Origin: Acidimicrobiia bacterium
GTDB lineage: Bacteria; Actinomycetota; Acidimicrobiia; Spongiisociales; UBA5794
Direction: 5' to 3'
Assembly: GCA_030431785.1 (NCBI GenBank)
Contig: JAUIIM010000004.1
Coordinates: forward strand, 5,415-69,414
Length of the DNA: 64,000 nt
Part shown: piece by piece, positions 1-9,513 of the stretch
How the letters are laid out: each line of letters opens with the position of its first letter
How positions within the stretch are numbered: position 1 is the stretch's first letter
Notes under the pieces: model-generated
Databases searched by the model: none
The model's input: the letters and a program-made list of their open reading frames with translations, nothing else
Told to the model about the DNA's origin: nothing
Program-made: the position numbers and the translations under genes

Positions 1-96
1 CGAGGATCTGACCTGCGTGCTCGAGTCGTGTGATGTTCATGGAACCGAATCTAGTTGTCCCGCATTACGCTCGGAACCCAACACCGTGATTGGAGC

Positions 97-474
97 ATGA
101 CTGTGAATATTGGGGAACTAGTGGTCGGAGGACCGATCGGCTGCCCTCCGTCGACCTCGTTGGTCGCAGCAGCGTCGAAGATGATCGCCGAGGGCGTCGG
201 GTCGTTGGTGGTGTTCGACGATGAGGAGATGGTCGGCATCATCACGGACCGCGACATCGTGCGGTCCGCGGCAGACGATGCGTTGCACGGGCGCACCGTC
301 GCTGACGTCATGACGCCGGAACCCGACACCGTGGAATCCGATCTCACCGTCGCCGAAGCCGTCGAGTGGCTCAACGCAACCGGCTACCGACATCTGCCTG
401 TCGCTCAAGACGGCAAGCTCATCGGGATCGTCAGCAGCAAAGACCTGCTCTGGGCGGTCGCCGACGTCAGCTAG
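97..474 (+). CDS. CBS-domain pair protein
   Basis: ORF 55..474. It has two CBS-like repeats (GIITDRDIVR and GIVSSKDLL). I prefer the ATG at 97 over the TTG at 55, but the start is uncertain. Confidence 0.7.
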   Translation: MTVNIGELVVGGPIGCPPSTSLVAAASKMIAEGVGSLVVFDDEEMVGIITDRDIVRSAADDALHGRTVADVMTPEPDTVESDLTVAEAVEWLNATGYRHLPVAQDGKLIGIVSSKDLLWAVADVS

Positions 475-1463
475 CCGCCGAACGGATCGCCCTCGGGGCC
501 CTTCCGCACGACGGCAGACCAGACGGTCTCATAGTGGTCCCGGTCGTACTGGTCGATGTGGGGCAGGATGAACTCATCCCACGCACGCCGCATCGGGTCC
601 GGTGCGTCGGCATACATTCTCAGCCCAGCTGGATATCGATCCAGGATCGTACGCAGCGACATCGGTGTCTCGACCCGCGTCCGTGAGTCGCCGGCTGAGA
701 ACGACGTGTTGATCTCCACCGCAAGTTTGGCGAGGAGGTCACGCACCTTCGGATCCATGTCCGGATGACGTCGCTCGATCATCGTCTGAAGCTCTTCGTC
801 ACCGGGGAACGCCTTCTCCCAGATGATCCATCGGTCGGCGAATGCCTTGTTCAGCGTCTGGGTGCCGGCATAGTCGCGCAGGTCGGTTGGGTTGAGCGTC
901 CCGAAGATCCGCACGTCGTCGCGTAGACCCACCATCTCGCCGGTCGGGAGCTCGAGTGCCCGATGGCGGTCGAGAAGACCGTGGAGGGCGAACAACGTTT
1001 CTGCTCCGGCCGCGTTGAGCTCCGACAGGTTCACGATCGCAGGACCGCGGAGTGCTCGTGTGATGTCACCGTCCTCCCAGCGGCTCTCCGTTCCTCCCTT
1101 GCCGTCACCGTGGAGCTTGACGGAACCGATGAGTGTGATGTCCCGGACTTCACCCGTGAGGGGGATTCGGTAGTACGGCGTCTTGAGGCGGGCAGCGAAC
1201 TGCTCGAGGTCGTGGTCCTTGCCCGTCCCCATGTGTCCGCGCAGGGCGAGGTGGAGCGGTGACTCGGTGAAGTGGCTCCTACGGATCTGCTCGAGCCGCG
1301 CGAGGCGATACAGCATGCCGAGGTCGACGTAGTACGGGTCCTCGGTCGGGATGTGATCGAGGCGCGACTCGTAGTCGGGCAGGTCGTCGGCGATGTCGGC
1401 AGTCGGCAGCTCGACGTCAGGACCGGCGCCGGTCGGGTCGGTGAAGACGATGGTTTCAGCCAT
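471..1463 (-). CDS. AAA+ ATPase of the CobS/MoxR (AAA_5) type with atypical Walker motifs
   Basis: 330-aa ORF. The P-loop reads GHMGTGKD and the Walker-B position reads IVNLSELN. The layout resembles CobS (LFGTLNP, ADRW). It lies 48 nt downstream of the VWA gene on the same strand. Confidence 0.8.
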   Translation of the reverse strand: MAETIVFTDPTGAGPDVELPTADIADDLPDYESRLDHIPTEDPYYVDLGMLYRLARLEQIRRSHFTESPLHLALRGHMGTGKDHDLEQFAARLKTPYYRIPLTGEVRDITLIGSVKLHGDGKGGTESRWEDGDITRALRGPAIVNLSELNAAGAETLFALHGLLDRHRALELPTGEMVGLRDDVRIFGTLNPTDLRDYAGTQTLNKAFADRWIIWEKAFPGDEELQTMIERRHPDMDPKVRDLLAKLAVEINTSFSAGDSRTRVETPMSLRTILDRYPAGLRMYADAPDPMRRAWDEFILPHIDQYDRDHYETVWSAVVRKGPEGDPFGG

Positions 1464-1511
1464 TGCTGGGTTGCTCCGTTCGTTGATCGGGGACTTGGAA
1501 ACAGATCGGGA

Positions 1512-3731
1512 TCACGTAAGGCTCATCTCGTCGAAGGCGCGACCGCCGGCGTGGGCCCACCACGCATCGGAACCAGAGGACACGATGGTCCGGTACAGGG
1601 TCGAGCGGACTCCGTCGACCATGGCCTGTGCGAGTTGGAGGGGCTGTTCGACGACCTGGGCCCGTGAGTAGGCAGCACGCACCGTGTCGTCGCCGATGCC
1701 GATACCGAGGACCGTCGCACCGGCGTGTTCGACATCTGCGACCGTTTCGGCGAGATCCTGTACCGACCCCCGGGTCATGCCATCGGCGAGGACGACCATG
1801 ATCCGATGGGTCGCATGCTGGGCTCCGAGACGTTCTGCAGCATGGGCGACGTTGAACTCGTCGACGTTGGCGGCCTTGTCGAACATCGATACCGGCGGGG
1901 TGCCCGCCGGGTCCTTCCGGGCATCTCGGGCCGCGTCCTTCGGGGAGGCTGCGGTGTAGAACAGACCGGCGAGAATGTCCTCGGCGGACCGCCAGCGTTG
2001 TGCGAACGACTTGATGAAGTAGTGGTTCACGGTGCGGGTCAGGCGTTCTGCGTGACCACCCTGGGTCTGTCGGAGCCCGGCCGTTGCCTTCGCACGCATG
2101 TCGCGGTACGACTCCTCGGTGTCGCCGGGCTTTGCGACGAACGACCGATTGAAGATGGCGAGCTCGAAGTCAATCTGAAGCTCGTCGGCGAGCCGAGCAA
2201 GTGTCCACGCACCGAGGAGTGCCGCCGCCATCGCCCAGGGAGCCTTCCTCTCGCCCGATGTCGCACGCGGTTGGAGCATGGAGGCGGAGCCGTCGACGAG
2301 CAGGCTGACGGCATACGAGCGGCGCGATGGCAGGTCACGGCGCTCGAACATCCGCTCGTACAGACCGGCACCGAGCAACAACGGTGTGTAGGGGGAGAGG
2401 TCGCCGGCATCGAATCCGGAACGGAGCCCTCGGCGCTGGTTCGCCAGGAACAGTGGATAGAGCTCACCGGACACGCGGTGCTGGGCGACACCCCAGTCGG
2501 CGCTCGCCCGCTGAAGCATCTCGCGCCCCTGCGGCGCAAACGCAGCAAACGATGTGGGGAAGTCCGTGACGAGGAGCTTGCCGCCCTGTCCCGTCGGGAG
2601 GAACACGGTCGGGGCGGTGGAGACGGTCATGAGTTGGTCTGTCGCAGGGTCTCCTGCAGTGTCCGCTTCGCCCTTGATCCCGTCCTGTGCGGACACCGCC
2701 TGTGCAGCCTGTCGGGTTTGTTCGTACGAATCGCGGTCGGCAAGCGATGGTGTCACCAACCGAACGGCGTCGAGCGTGTTCGAGATCGACGATCCGTCCA
2801 TCTCGTTCGCTGCCTTCTTCTGGGCCATCGTGGCCGCACTCGTGTCCTGGACGAGGTTGTGCATCTTCGCCACCGACAGCAATTGGAGTGCGATCGTGCC
2901 GACCGACCATGCGTCGTCGACATCAAATACCGGGTCGAGGAACGCCATGGCATCGTCGAGGGCGTGGGCGACGTGTGGATCCAGCCGTTTCTGGACGTCG
3001 TTGCGCTCCTCGTGGCCACCGACCACGAGAAAGATGGCAAGGGAGAATTGGCCGAGCGGACGTGCTTGCCCCATGGCGTGACCGACCGAGGTGCGATACA
3101 GGTCCTTCAAGACCGATCCGGCGCCGGGGTACGCATCGAAATGGATTCGCTCCTGGCGGGCGTCCTCGACCGCGAGGAACAGTGCCTCCGCGGCAGGACC
3201 CCCGACGTGGTTGAGTGCTTCGAGCACGGTGACCGCAGTGGGGTCGACCTCGGTATCGTCTTCGCTGAAGTCCTCGTCGTCGATGTCGGGGCGAAGCTCG
3301 TCCTCCTCCATTTCTCCCGTCTGGAAGAGCGCGATCGGGACCATGAGCCCTTCCTCGTCCTCGGGCGCCCCTTCTTCTTCCTCTTCCATGAATGCAAGCC
3401 ACTCCTTCGGGAGCGGGCGTTCCTCGTCGAGGTCCGTTGCGATGAGATGGATCGCCTCGTGGAGGGCAGAGGTCAAGGCGACTTCGGAGGGGGTAACGGG
3501 AGCCGAGCGGGCGTAAGCAGTCTGGAACGTGCGTGGATCGATGACGATCGCATCGGGTGTCGACGCCGCCTGTGTCCCGAGCCGAACTTGGAGCTCATCG
3601 TTGCCGGACAGGCTCCGCGCAAACCGCGTCACCGCAGGGGCCACCCGCTGGTAGCGGGCGACGACCGCTTCGATGGCGCGTTCTTCCGGAGGTAGGATCT
3701 CCTGGAGGACGGATTCGTCTCGTTCACGCAT
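1512..3731 (-). CDS. VWA-domain protein with N-terminal HExxH motif and acidic linker (CobT-like / DUF2201-like)
   Basis: C-terminal MIDAS-type motif LLVDGSASM plus VVLADGMT, N-terminal HEAIH, and an acidic run EEEEEGAPEDEE...DIDDEDFSEDDTEVD. I chose the start at ATG 3731 (MRERDES). The 85-aa arginine-rich extension up to 3986 looks spurious. Confidence 0.75.
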   Translation of the reverse strand: MRERDESVLQEILPPEERAIEAVVARYQRVAPAVTRFARSLSGNDELQVRLGTQAASTPDAIVIDPRTFQTAYARSAPVTPSEVALTSALHEAIHLIATDLDEERPLPKEWLAFMEEEEEGAPEDEEGLMVPIALFQTGEMEEDELRPDIDDEDFSEDDTEVDPTAVTVLEALNHVGGPAAEALFLAVEDARQERIHFDAYPGAGSVLKDLYRTSVGHAMGQARPLGQFSLAIFLVVGGHEERNDVQKRLDPHVAHALDDAMAFLDPVFDVDDAWSVGTIALQLLSVAKMHNLVQDTSAATMAQKKAANEMDGSSISNTLDAVRLVTPSLADRDSYEQTRQAAQAVSAQDGIKGEADTAGDPATDQLMTVSTAPTVFLPTGQGGKLLVTDFPTSFAAFAPQGREMLQRASADWGVAQHRVSGELYPLFLANQRRGLRSGFDAGDLSPYTPLLLGAGLYERMFERRDLPSRRSYAVSLLVDGSASMLQPRATSGERKAPWAMAAALLGAWTLARLADELQIDFELAIFNRSFVAKPGDTEESYRDMRAKATAGLRQTQGGHAERLTRTVNHYFIKSFAQRWRSAEDILAGLFYTAASPKDAARDARKDPAGTPPVSMFDKAANVDEFNVAHAAERLGAQHATHRIMVVLADGMTRGSVQDLAETVADVEHAGATVLGIGIGDDTVRAAYSRAQVVEQPLQLAQAMVDGVRSTLYRTIVSSGSDAWWAHAGGRAFDEMSLT

Positions 3732-3795
3732 CAACTCACCATTGTACGGGCGTTCCCGATACCTGATGACTGCCGATCGTTCAGCAGCCCCCGCC

Positions 3796-4173
3796 CTACC
3801 TCGGCTTCTGGCGCAGGCGTTTCGTCTCCGACCGGTGGCGTTTGTCGTCGAGGCGGCGCTGGCGCGCTGCTCGCGACGGCTTGGTCTTCTTCCGCGGAGG
3901 CGGTGGCGGCTTTGCGGCCTCCTCGAGCATCGACTCGAGGCGGCGCAACGCCCGCTTGCGGTTGAGGCTCTGGGACTTGGAGCCATCCTCCACGACCCGG
4001 ATCTCAGGACCCAGACGGTCGATGATGCGGTCTGTCACCGCATCGGAGAACGTATCGGATGCCGCGACGTCGAAACGTAGCTCGACCCGCGTCGACGCCC
4101 GGTTCGCATGTTGTCCCCCCGGCCCGCCCGTGGGTGAGAAGGACCATTCGAGCTCGTGTTCCGGGATCTTCAC
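3796..4173 (-). CDS. arfB: alternative ribosome-rescue factor ArfB (peptidyl-tRNA hydrolase, GGQ class)
   Basis: 125 aa. GGQ motif (GGPGGQHAN) with a basic C-terminal tail. GTG start. Confidence 0.85.
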   Translation of the reverse strand: MKIPEHELEWSFSPTGGPGGQHANRASTRVELRFDVAASDTFSDAVTDRIIDRLGPEIRVVEDGSKSQSLNRKRALRRLESMLEEAAKPPPPPRKKTKPSRAARQRRLDDKRHRSETKRLRQKPR

Positions 4174-4209
4174 CGTACCCAGACTACGCCGGCGTCCTCG
4201 CCGAACGTA

Positions 4210-5100
4210 TCAGCTGCTTGCCTCGTCAACGAACGCGATCAGTCGACCGAGGAAGTCGGCACCGTAGACGTCGATGAACGTCTGCCCACTCGGGACTCTG
4301 GGGAAGACGAACGCATCCCAGAGGTCATTTATGTACGGCTTGAGCCGGTTGGGGATGCCGCCCGAAGAGCCGCCGTCGATGTGCATGACATACACGGGCT
4401 CGTCGATCGCTGGTAGATCGGCGACCAGGTCGTTGCCGTTGCGGGACAGCGATGGGAACAGGAGCGCGATGCCGTCGAAGTCCACGTCGTCGGACTGCGC
4501 ATCGACGTTCACGAGGACCGGACCTGAGCCCCACACGGCCAGTGCGACGATCGTCTCGTAGCCTTCGTCGACGAGGAACTGGTATGCCGCCTCGATGTCG
4601 GCCTTTGAATCGTTGGCGAATGCAACGCCGGGGCTTTGGCCATGTCCACGGAAGTCGGGGGTCAGCACGGTGTAACCCGCTTCGACCAGCCCCCACGGGT
4701 AAGGCCCGAGGCTGGTCGAATCCTGCGGGCCGGACAGCTGGGTCTGGATCATGTGGGTGTAGAGCACCGCAGTCGAACCGCCGGGCCAATAGCGTGCGAA
4801 GAGGTCGAGCCCGTCTTCTGTGGTGATCGTCACTTCCTCGAACGGCGGTTCTTCGACGGGAACGACGGCGGGGACATAGTCGACCGTTCCGGCACTGGTG
4901 GTGGTCTCCGATGGAATCGTCGAGGCCGATCCACCATCGCCTGCGTCTTCCGAGATCGTGGTCGTGGCACCTTCGACGGGTGGGGTGGCGGCGGTCCCAC
5001 CGACACTGATCGAGCTCGAACATGCGCCGAGCATCAGGCATGCCACCGCAACGAACGGTGCCAAGCGACGTCCGAAGCGGGAGGTCTTCTGCTGTGCCAT
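4210..5100 (-). CDS. lipoprotein, alpha/beta-hydrolase-like
   Basis: Start at ATG 5100 (MAQQKTSRFGRR...). Lipobox LMLGAC. The upstream 182 aa of the ORF overlap the M16 peptidase gene and were rejected. The family call is weak. Confidence 0.6.
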   Translation of the reverse strand: MAQQKTSRFGRRLAPFVAVACLMLGACSSSISVGGTAATPPVEGATTTISEDAGDGGSASTIPSETTTSAGTVDYVPAVVPVEEPPFEEVTITTEDGLDLFARYWPGGSTAVLYTHMIQTQLSGPQDSTSLGPYPWGLVEAGYTVLTPDFRGHGQSPGVAFANDSKADIEAAYQFLVDEGYETIVALAVWGSGPVLVNVDAQSDDVDFDGIALLFPSLSRNGNDLVADLPAIDEPVYVMHIDGGSSGGIPNRLKPYINDLWDAFVFPRVPSGQTFIDVYGADFLGRLIAFVDEASS

Positions 5101-5193
5101 CTGGCTCCTTCTCTCATGGTGAAAGAGCAGGAATCGTCGATTTTGCGCGACACGAGCATCGCTTGGGCCCGTCGTTCCTATCATCGGCTGCAC

Positions 5194-6441
5194 ATGGAAC
5201 ATCACCTCACCACCCTGGCCAATGGTCTCAGGGTCATCACGCACACCATGCCCACCACTCGATCCGTTGCGATCGGGGTGTGGGTGGATACCGGGAGCCG
5301 GGACGAGTTCGGTGCCGAAGCCGGAGCCTCCCACTTCCTCGAGCACCTGCTCTTCAAGGGATCGGACGACTGGTCGGCCCGGAAGATCTCCGAAACGTTC
5401 GACGGGATCGGAGCACGTCACAACGCATTCACGTCCAAGGAGTACACATGCTTCTGGACCCGCATGCGGGACGAAGACCTCCCCGTCGGGCTGGAGGTGC
5501 TCGCCGAGATGGTGCAACGACCCGCCTTCCGGGAGCATGAGATCGATTCCGAGCGCAGCGTGGTCCTCGAAGAGATCAACATGAACGAGGACGATCCGAC
5601 GGACGTCGCGCACGAGCAATTCATCACGGCGTTGTGGTCCGGCCACCCGCTCTCACCGCCGATCCTCGGGACCAAGGAATCGATCACGACCATGTCCCGT
5701 GACACGATCCACGACTACTGGAAGCGGCGCTACTCGCCGAAGTCGACGGTCATTGCGATCGCCGGTCATCTGCCCGACGACATCGACCACCAGGTGGAAG
5801 CGTTGTTCGGTCGGTGGGAAGGTCCAGACCTCACCCGGGACCTGATCCCCCCGACGGTCTCGGCGAACGTCCAGGTGCGGCGTCGGGACACCGAGCAAGC
5901 GCACCTCGTCTTCGGAAGTCCTGCGTTCCCCCGAGACGACGAGCGACGGTTCGCCCTCATGCTCGCTGACCACGTCCTCGGAGGCGGCATGTCTTCACGG
6001 CTGTTCCACGAGATCCGTGAAGAGCGCGGACTGGCGTATGCGGTCCACAGTTTCCGTCTTCCGTTCACTGATGCAGGTGCGTCGGCGATCTATGTCGGGA
6101 CGACACCATCCCAGACCGACGAGGTGTTGCGGATCGTGCGTCATGAGATCGACGAACTGATCGCCCATGGGCTCACCGATGAGGAACTCGAACGGGCGAA
6201 GGGCCACGTAAAGGGCGCCCTTGCGATCGGACTGGAAGACGCACAGAGCCGCATGACTCGCCTCGGACGCGCCGAACTCACCGGTCTCGAACACTTGACC
6301 GTGGACGAGACGGTCGCCCGGATCTCTTCCGTCGACCAAGCCGAGATCCTCGATGCGGTCAAGGGTGCATATGCGGGGCCGAAGGTGATCGGAGCCGTCG
6401 GCCCGTTCGACGCCGACGATCTGATGGAGCACATCGGATGA
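5194..6441 (+). CDS. M16 (pitrilysin/insulinase) family zinc peptidase
   Basis: HxxEH motif (HFLEHLLFKG). Start at ATG 5194 (MEHHLTTLANG). It precedes dapB, as in other actinobacteria. Confidence 0.85.
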   Translation: MEHHLTTLANGLRVITHTMPTTRSVAIGVWVDTGSRDEFGAEAGASHFLEHLLFKGSDDWSARKISETFDGIGARHNAFTSKEYTCFWTRMRDEDLPVGLEVLAEMVQRPAFREHEIDSERSVVLEEINMNEDDPTDVAHEQFITALWSGHPLSPPILGTKESITTMSRDTIHDYWKRRYSPKSTVIAIAGHLPDDIDHQVEALFGRWEGPDLTRDLIPPTVSANVQVRRRDTEQAHLVFGSPAFPRDDERRFALMLADHVLGGGMSSRLFHEIREERGLAYAVHSFRLPFTDAGASAIYVGTTPSQTDEVLRIVRHEIDELIAHGLTDEELERAKGHVKGALAIGLEDAQSRMTRLGRAELTGLEHLTVDETVARISSVDQAEILDAVKGAYAGPKVIGAVGPFDADDLMEHIG

Positions 6442-7196
6442 AAGTCGGAGTATCCGGAGCATCGGGACAGATGGGGAGCCTGGCGGCAGCGACGCTGAGT
6501 GAGGCTGCCGATCTCCACCTCATCGCCCTGTTCGACGCCCACACGGCGGGCAACATTGCCGGGCTGCCGATCAGCCGCAACCCGGACGCGCTCGACGGAT
6601 GTGACGTCATCCTTGAATTCTCACGTCCTGACGTCGTCATGGACCAGCTTGCGATCTGGCGTTCCTACGGGGCGAACGTCGTCGTTGGGACTTCCGGCTT
6701 CGACGCCGAACGTCTCGCCAGGCTCGAGGAGCTGTGGGACAACGGGCCGGGCAACTGCCTCGTCGTCCCGAACTTCTCGATCGGTGCCGTGCTGATGATG
6801 CGCCTTGCGGAGATCGCCGCACCGCACTTCCCGGTCGCTGAGATCATCGAAATGCATCACGACCACAAGGCGGATGCACCATCGGGAACGGCGATCGCCA
6901 CGGCCGCACGGATCGCCGAGGCTGCGACCGGCGGTGAGCGCGCCGTCACATCGGAGGAGACCGTCGATGGAGCCCTGGGTGCCGAGGTCGAAGGCGTGAC
7001 GGTGCATTCGGTGCGTCTTCCCGGACTGCTCGCACATCAGGCGGTGATGTTCGGATCGGCGGGGGAGACCCTCACGATCCGGCACGACACGAGCGACCGT
7101 GAATCGTTCATGCCAGGCGTGCTCCTCGCCGTCAGGAGCGTCGGTGCGCAGAAGGAACCTCTCGCTGTCGGCCTCGAGCGACTCCTCGGGATCTAG
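6438..7196 (+). CDS. dapB: 4-hydroxy-tetrahydrodipicolinate reductase
   Basis: 252 aa. N-terminal GASGQMG and the EIIEMHHDHKADAPSGTA signature. ATGA overlap with the preceding gene. Confidence 0.9.
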   Translation: MKVGVSGASGQMGSLAAATLSEAADLHLIALFDAHTAGNIAGLPISRNPDALDGCDVILEFSRPDVVMDQLAIWRSYGANVVVGTSGFDAERLARLEELWDNGPGNCLVVPNFSIGAVLMMRLAEIAAPHFPVAEIIEMHHDHKADAPSGTAIATAARIAEAATGGERAVTSEETVDGALGAEVEGVTVHSVRLPGLLAHQAVMFGSAGETLTIRHDTSDRESFMPGVLLAVRSVGAQKEPLAVGLERLLGI

Positions 7197-7199
7197 CCC

Positions 7200-8045
7200 C
7201 TAGAACAGCTCGGTCGCCAGGCGGCGCCGGTACTCCTGCGTCAGTGGGTGGTCGCTGCCGAGAACGTCGAAGATGTCGATCATGGCCTTGCGGGCGTCGT
7301 CGCGTCCGTCACCTCTCCGCGACACCGTCGACAGCAGGATGTCGAGCGCAGGTTCGTACTGGGCACTCGCGGCGAGTGCGTCCGCAAGGGCGATCTGCGC
7401 CTCGTCCGATTCCGGATCCGCAGCTGCTGCGGCTTCGAGTTCTGCGATGTCGGACCCGCCGTGTCGACGGAGACGCGCCGCGGCCTGGAGACGCTCGACG
7501 TCCTGATCGGGGACGAGCTTTCCGAGGACGATGAGCGCCTCATCGATATCCCCGCGATCGATCAACATGGCGGCGAGGCTGGTCCCGGCATCCTGATGTC
7601 CGGCATCCGTGTCGAGTACCTGTCGCAAGATGTGTTCGGCGCCGGCGTTGTCGCCTTCGACGAGCGCCGTGCGTGCCTGGTCGACCATGCCATCGAGTTC
7701 GGTCGGTAGGAGCGGTTCGAGGAACTGACGGATGGCATCGGCCGGAAGCGCACCCGTGAATCGGGTGATCTCGCGTCCGTCCTTGACCGCTACGACGGTC
7801 GGGATCGACTGGACACCGAACTGTGCGGACAGCTCCCGGTTCTGGTCAACGTCGACTTTTGCCAGTTCGAACGCCCCCGCATACTCGTCGGCCAAAGCCT
7901 CGAGGACAGGGGAGAGGGTCTTGCACGGTTGGCACCACTCCGCCCAGAAGTCCACGAGCACAGGGACCTCACGGGATCGCTGCAGTACCGCTTCCTGGAA
8001 GTCGGCAGTGGTTACGTCTGATACATGTCGTGTTGCGTCATCCAT
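7200..8045 (-). CDS. thioredoxin-domain plus TPR-like protein (YbbN/CnoX-like)
   Basis: WCQPC active site with a helical repeat C-terminus. Start at ATG 8045, with TACCCT 7 nt upstream (leaderless geometry). Confidence 0.8.
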   Translation of the reverse strand: MDDATRHVSDVTTADFQEAVLQRSREVPVLVDFWAEWCQPCKTLSPVLEALADEYAGAFELAKVDVDQNRELSAQFGVQSIPTVVAVKDGREITRFTGALPADAIRQFLEPLLPTELDGMVDQARTALVEGDNAGAEHILRQVLDTDAGHQDAGTSLAAMLIDRGDIDEALIVLGKLVPDQDVERLQAAARLRRHGGSDIAELEAAAAADPESDEAQIALADALAASAQYEPALDILLSTVSRRGDGRDDARKAMIDIFDVLGSDHPLTQEYRRRLATELF

Positions 8046-8099
8046 GAGCCGAAGGGTACCGCCACGAGGAGATCGTTGGACGGCGGTAGCCTCGGCTCC

Positions 8100-8576
8100 A
8101 TGACGGAAACGTTGGTCCTCGTCGGTGCGATCGTCCTCGGTGGCGTGTTCGCCGTGAGTACCTACGGGCACCTCGTCGACCCCGGCAGGCTCGACCGGAT
8201 CCTGACCGGGCTCCGTCTTCCCACCCGACTGGCCAACGTCACGGTCTTCAGCGTCGCAGCCCTGATCGTCATGCCCGTCATCGATCCGCTCGTCGGGTCG
8301 GCGCTCGCCGGCATGTATCTCGTCGGTGCGACGCTGGTGATGTTCGTCTCCTCCCGCAGGGTCGGCAACATCCCGGACTGTGGCTGTTTTCCCACGCCCC
8401 AGCGCGTCGACGGTCGCTACTACCTACGCAACGGAGCACTGATCGTCCTCGCCGGTCTCGTCGCTGGATTCGCCGACCAGGGTCCGACGGTGGTTGCCCT
8501 CGGTGCCGGTGCCGTCGTCGGTACTGCGGCGCTTGCGCTGCGGTCGGTGCGCCGCCGGACGTCGGAGGCACACTGA
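8100..8576 (+). CDS. MauE/DoxX-like integral membrane protein
   Basis: Four predicted hydrophobic helices and a CGCF motif. Start at ATG 8100, with TAGCCT 7 nt upstream. Confidence 0.6.
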   Translation: MTETLVLVGAIVLGGVFAVSTYGHLVDPGRLDRILTGLRLPTRLANVTVFSVAALIVMPVIDPLVGSALAGMYLVGATLVMFVSSRRVGNIPDCGCFPTPQRVDGRYYLRNGALIVLAGLVAGFADQGPTVVALGAGAVVGTAALALRSVRRRTSEAH

Positions 8577-8604
8577 ATCACCGTCCGGTGGTACCGTGAC
8601 GCCC

Positions 8605-9513
8605 ATGGCTGATCGACCGCAAGCTCCGTTCGGGAGCGTCCTCACGGCAATCATCACTCCTTTCACCGAGGAAGGCTCCGTCGACTATGCGTCGTTCTGG
8701 AAGCTCATCCGGCATCTGGGCAACAACGGGTCCGATGGCGTCGTCGTGGCCGGCACCACCGGTGAATCTCCGACGCTTTCGAAGGCTGAGAAGCTCGCAT
8801 TGTTCAAGGCCGCGGTCGATGCGGCAGACGAATCGATGTCGGTGATCGCCGGCGTCGGAACGTATGACACACGCGAGTCGGTAGAGACGGCGAAGGCAGC
8901 GGCCGCAAGCGGTGTCGACGGGATCATGGCGGTGACCCCGTACTACTCCCGCCCGTCGCAGGCCGGCATCGAGGCGCACATGACGGCGATCGCCGATGCA
9001 ACGGACCTCCCGTTCATGGTCTACAACATCCCGGGTCGGACGGCCACTCTGATCGAGATCGAGACGATGGTCGAGCTCGCCGATCACGACCGCATCGTGG
9101 CGGTGAAAGACGCCGTCGACGATCTCGAATGGTCGACCAGGCAGATCGCAGCTCTGCCCGATGACTTTGCCGTCTACTCCGGGAGTGATGGCCTCACTCG
9201 CGAGATCGTCGAAGCCGGGGGAGTTGGTGTGGTCTCGGTGTCGGCACACCTCGCCGGGCCCGAGATCAACGCACTCGTCGAAGCGGCTGCCAACGGCCAG
9301 TCGGGGATCGCGTCCTCACTCGACGAGCTCGTCGAACCGCTGACGGACGCCTTGTTCGCCGAGCCTTCGCCATCGGTCCTCAAGGCGATGCTGAACAAGC
9401 ATTGGGGCACCGTTGGCGATCCGCGGCTCCCGCTCTTGCCTGCTGCCGAAGCGTCGGTCGAGCGGGCCACGGTGGCGTTGGACGCCATCGTCGGACAGCG
9501 AATCTCCGAATGA
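8605..9513 (+). CDS. dapA: 4-hydroxy-tetrahydrodipicolinate synthase
   Basis: DapA-like sequence (ITPF, GTTGESPTLS, YNIPGRT). Start at ATG 8605. Confidence 0.9.
   Translation: MADRPQAPFGSVLTAIITPFTEEGSVDYASFWKLIRHLGNNGSDGVVVAGTTGESPTLSKAEKLALFKAAVDAADESMSVIAGVGTYDTRESVETAKAAAASGVDGIMAVTPYYSRPSQAGIEAHMTAIADATDLPFMVYNIPGRTATLIEIETMVELADHDRIVAVKDAVDDLEWSTRQIAALPDDFAVYSGSDGLTREIVEAGGVGVVSVSAHLAGPEINALVEAAANGQSGIASSLDELVEPLTDALFAEPSPSVLKAMLNKHWGTVGDPRLPLLPAAEASVERATVALDAIVGQRISE

Noticed and set aside
1725-3695. 656-aa plus-strand ORF antisense to the VWA gene
   Set aside because: Its composition is rich in Arg, Gly and Cys, and I recognise no motifs. It sits opposite a gene with clear VWA/MIDAS motifs, which is the typical shadow ORF seen in GC-rich DNA.
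471-3731. Annotating the AAA+/VWA pair as cobaltochelatase CobS/CobT
   Set aside because: No cobN or other cobalamin genes are in the window, the Walker residues are atypical and an HExxH motif is present. I kept a generic CobS/CobT-like description only.
3732-3986. N-terminal extensions of track ORFs (VWA gene here; also 5101-5646, 27367-27714 and 19696-20064)
   Set aside because: The extensions are Arg/Ser/Cys-rich and overlap neighbouring genes or promoters. They precede internal starts that align with conserved N-terminal motifs or signal peptides.
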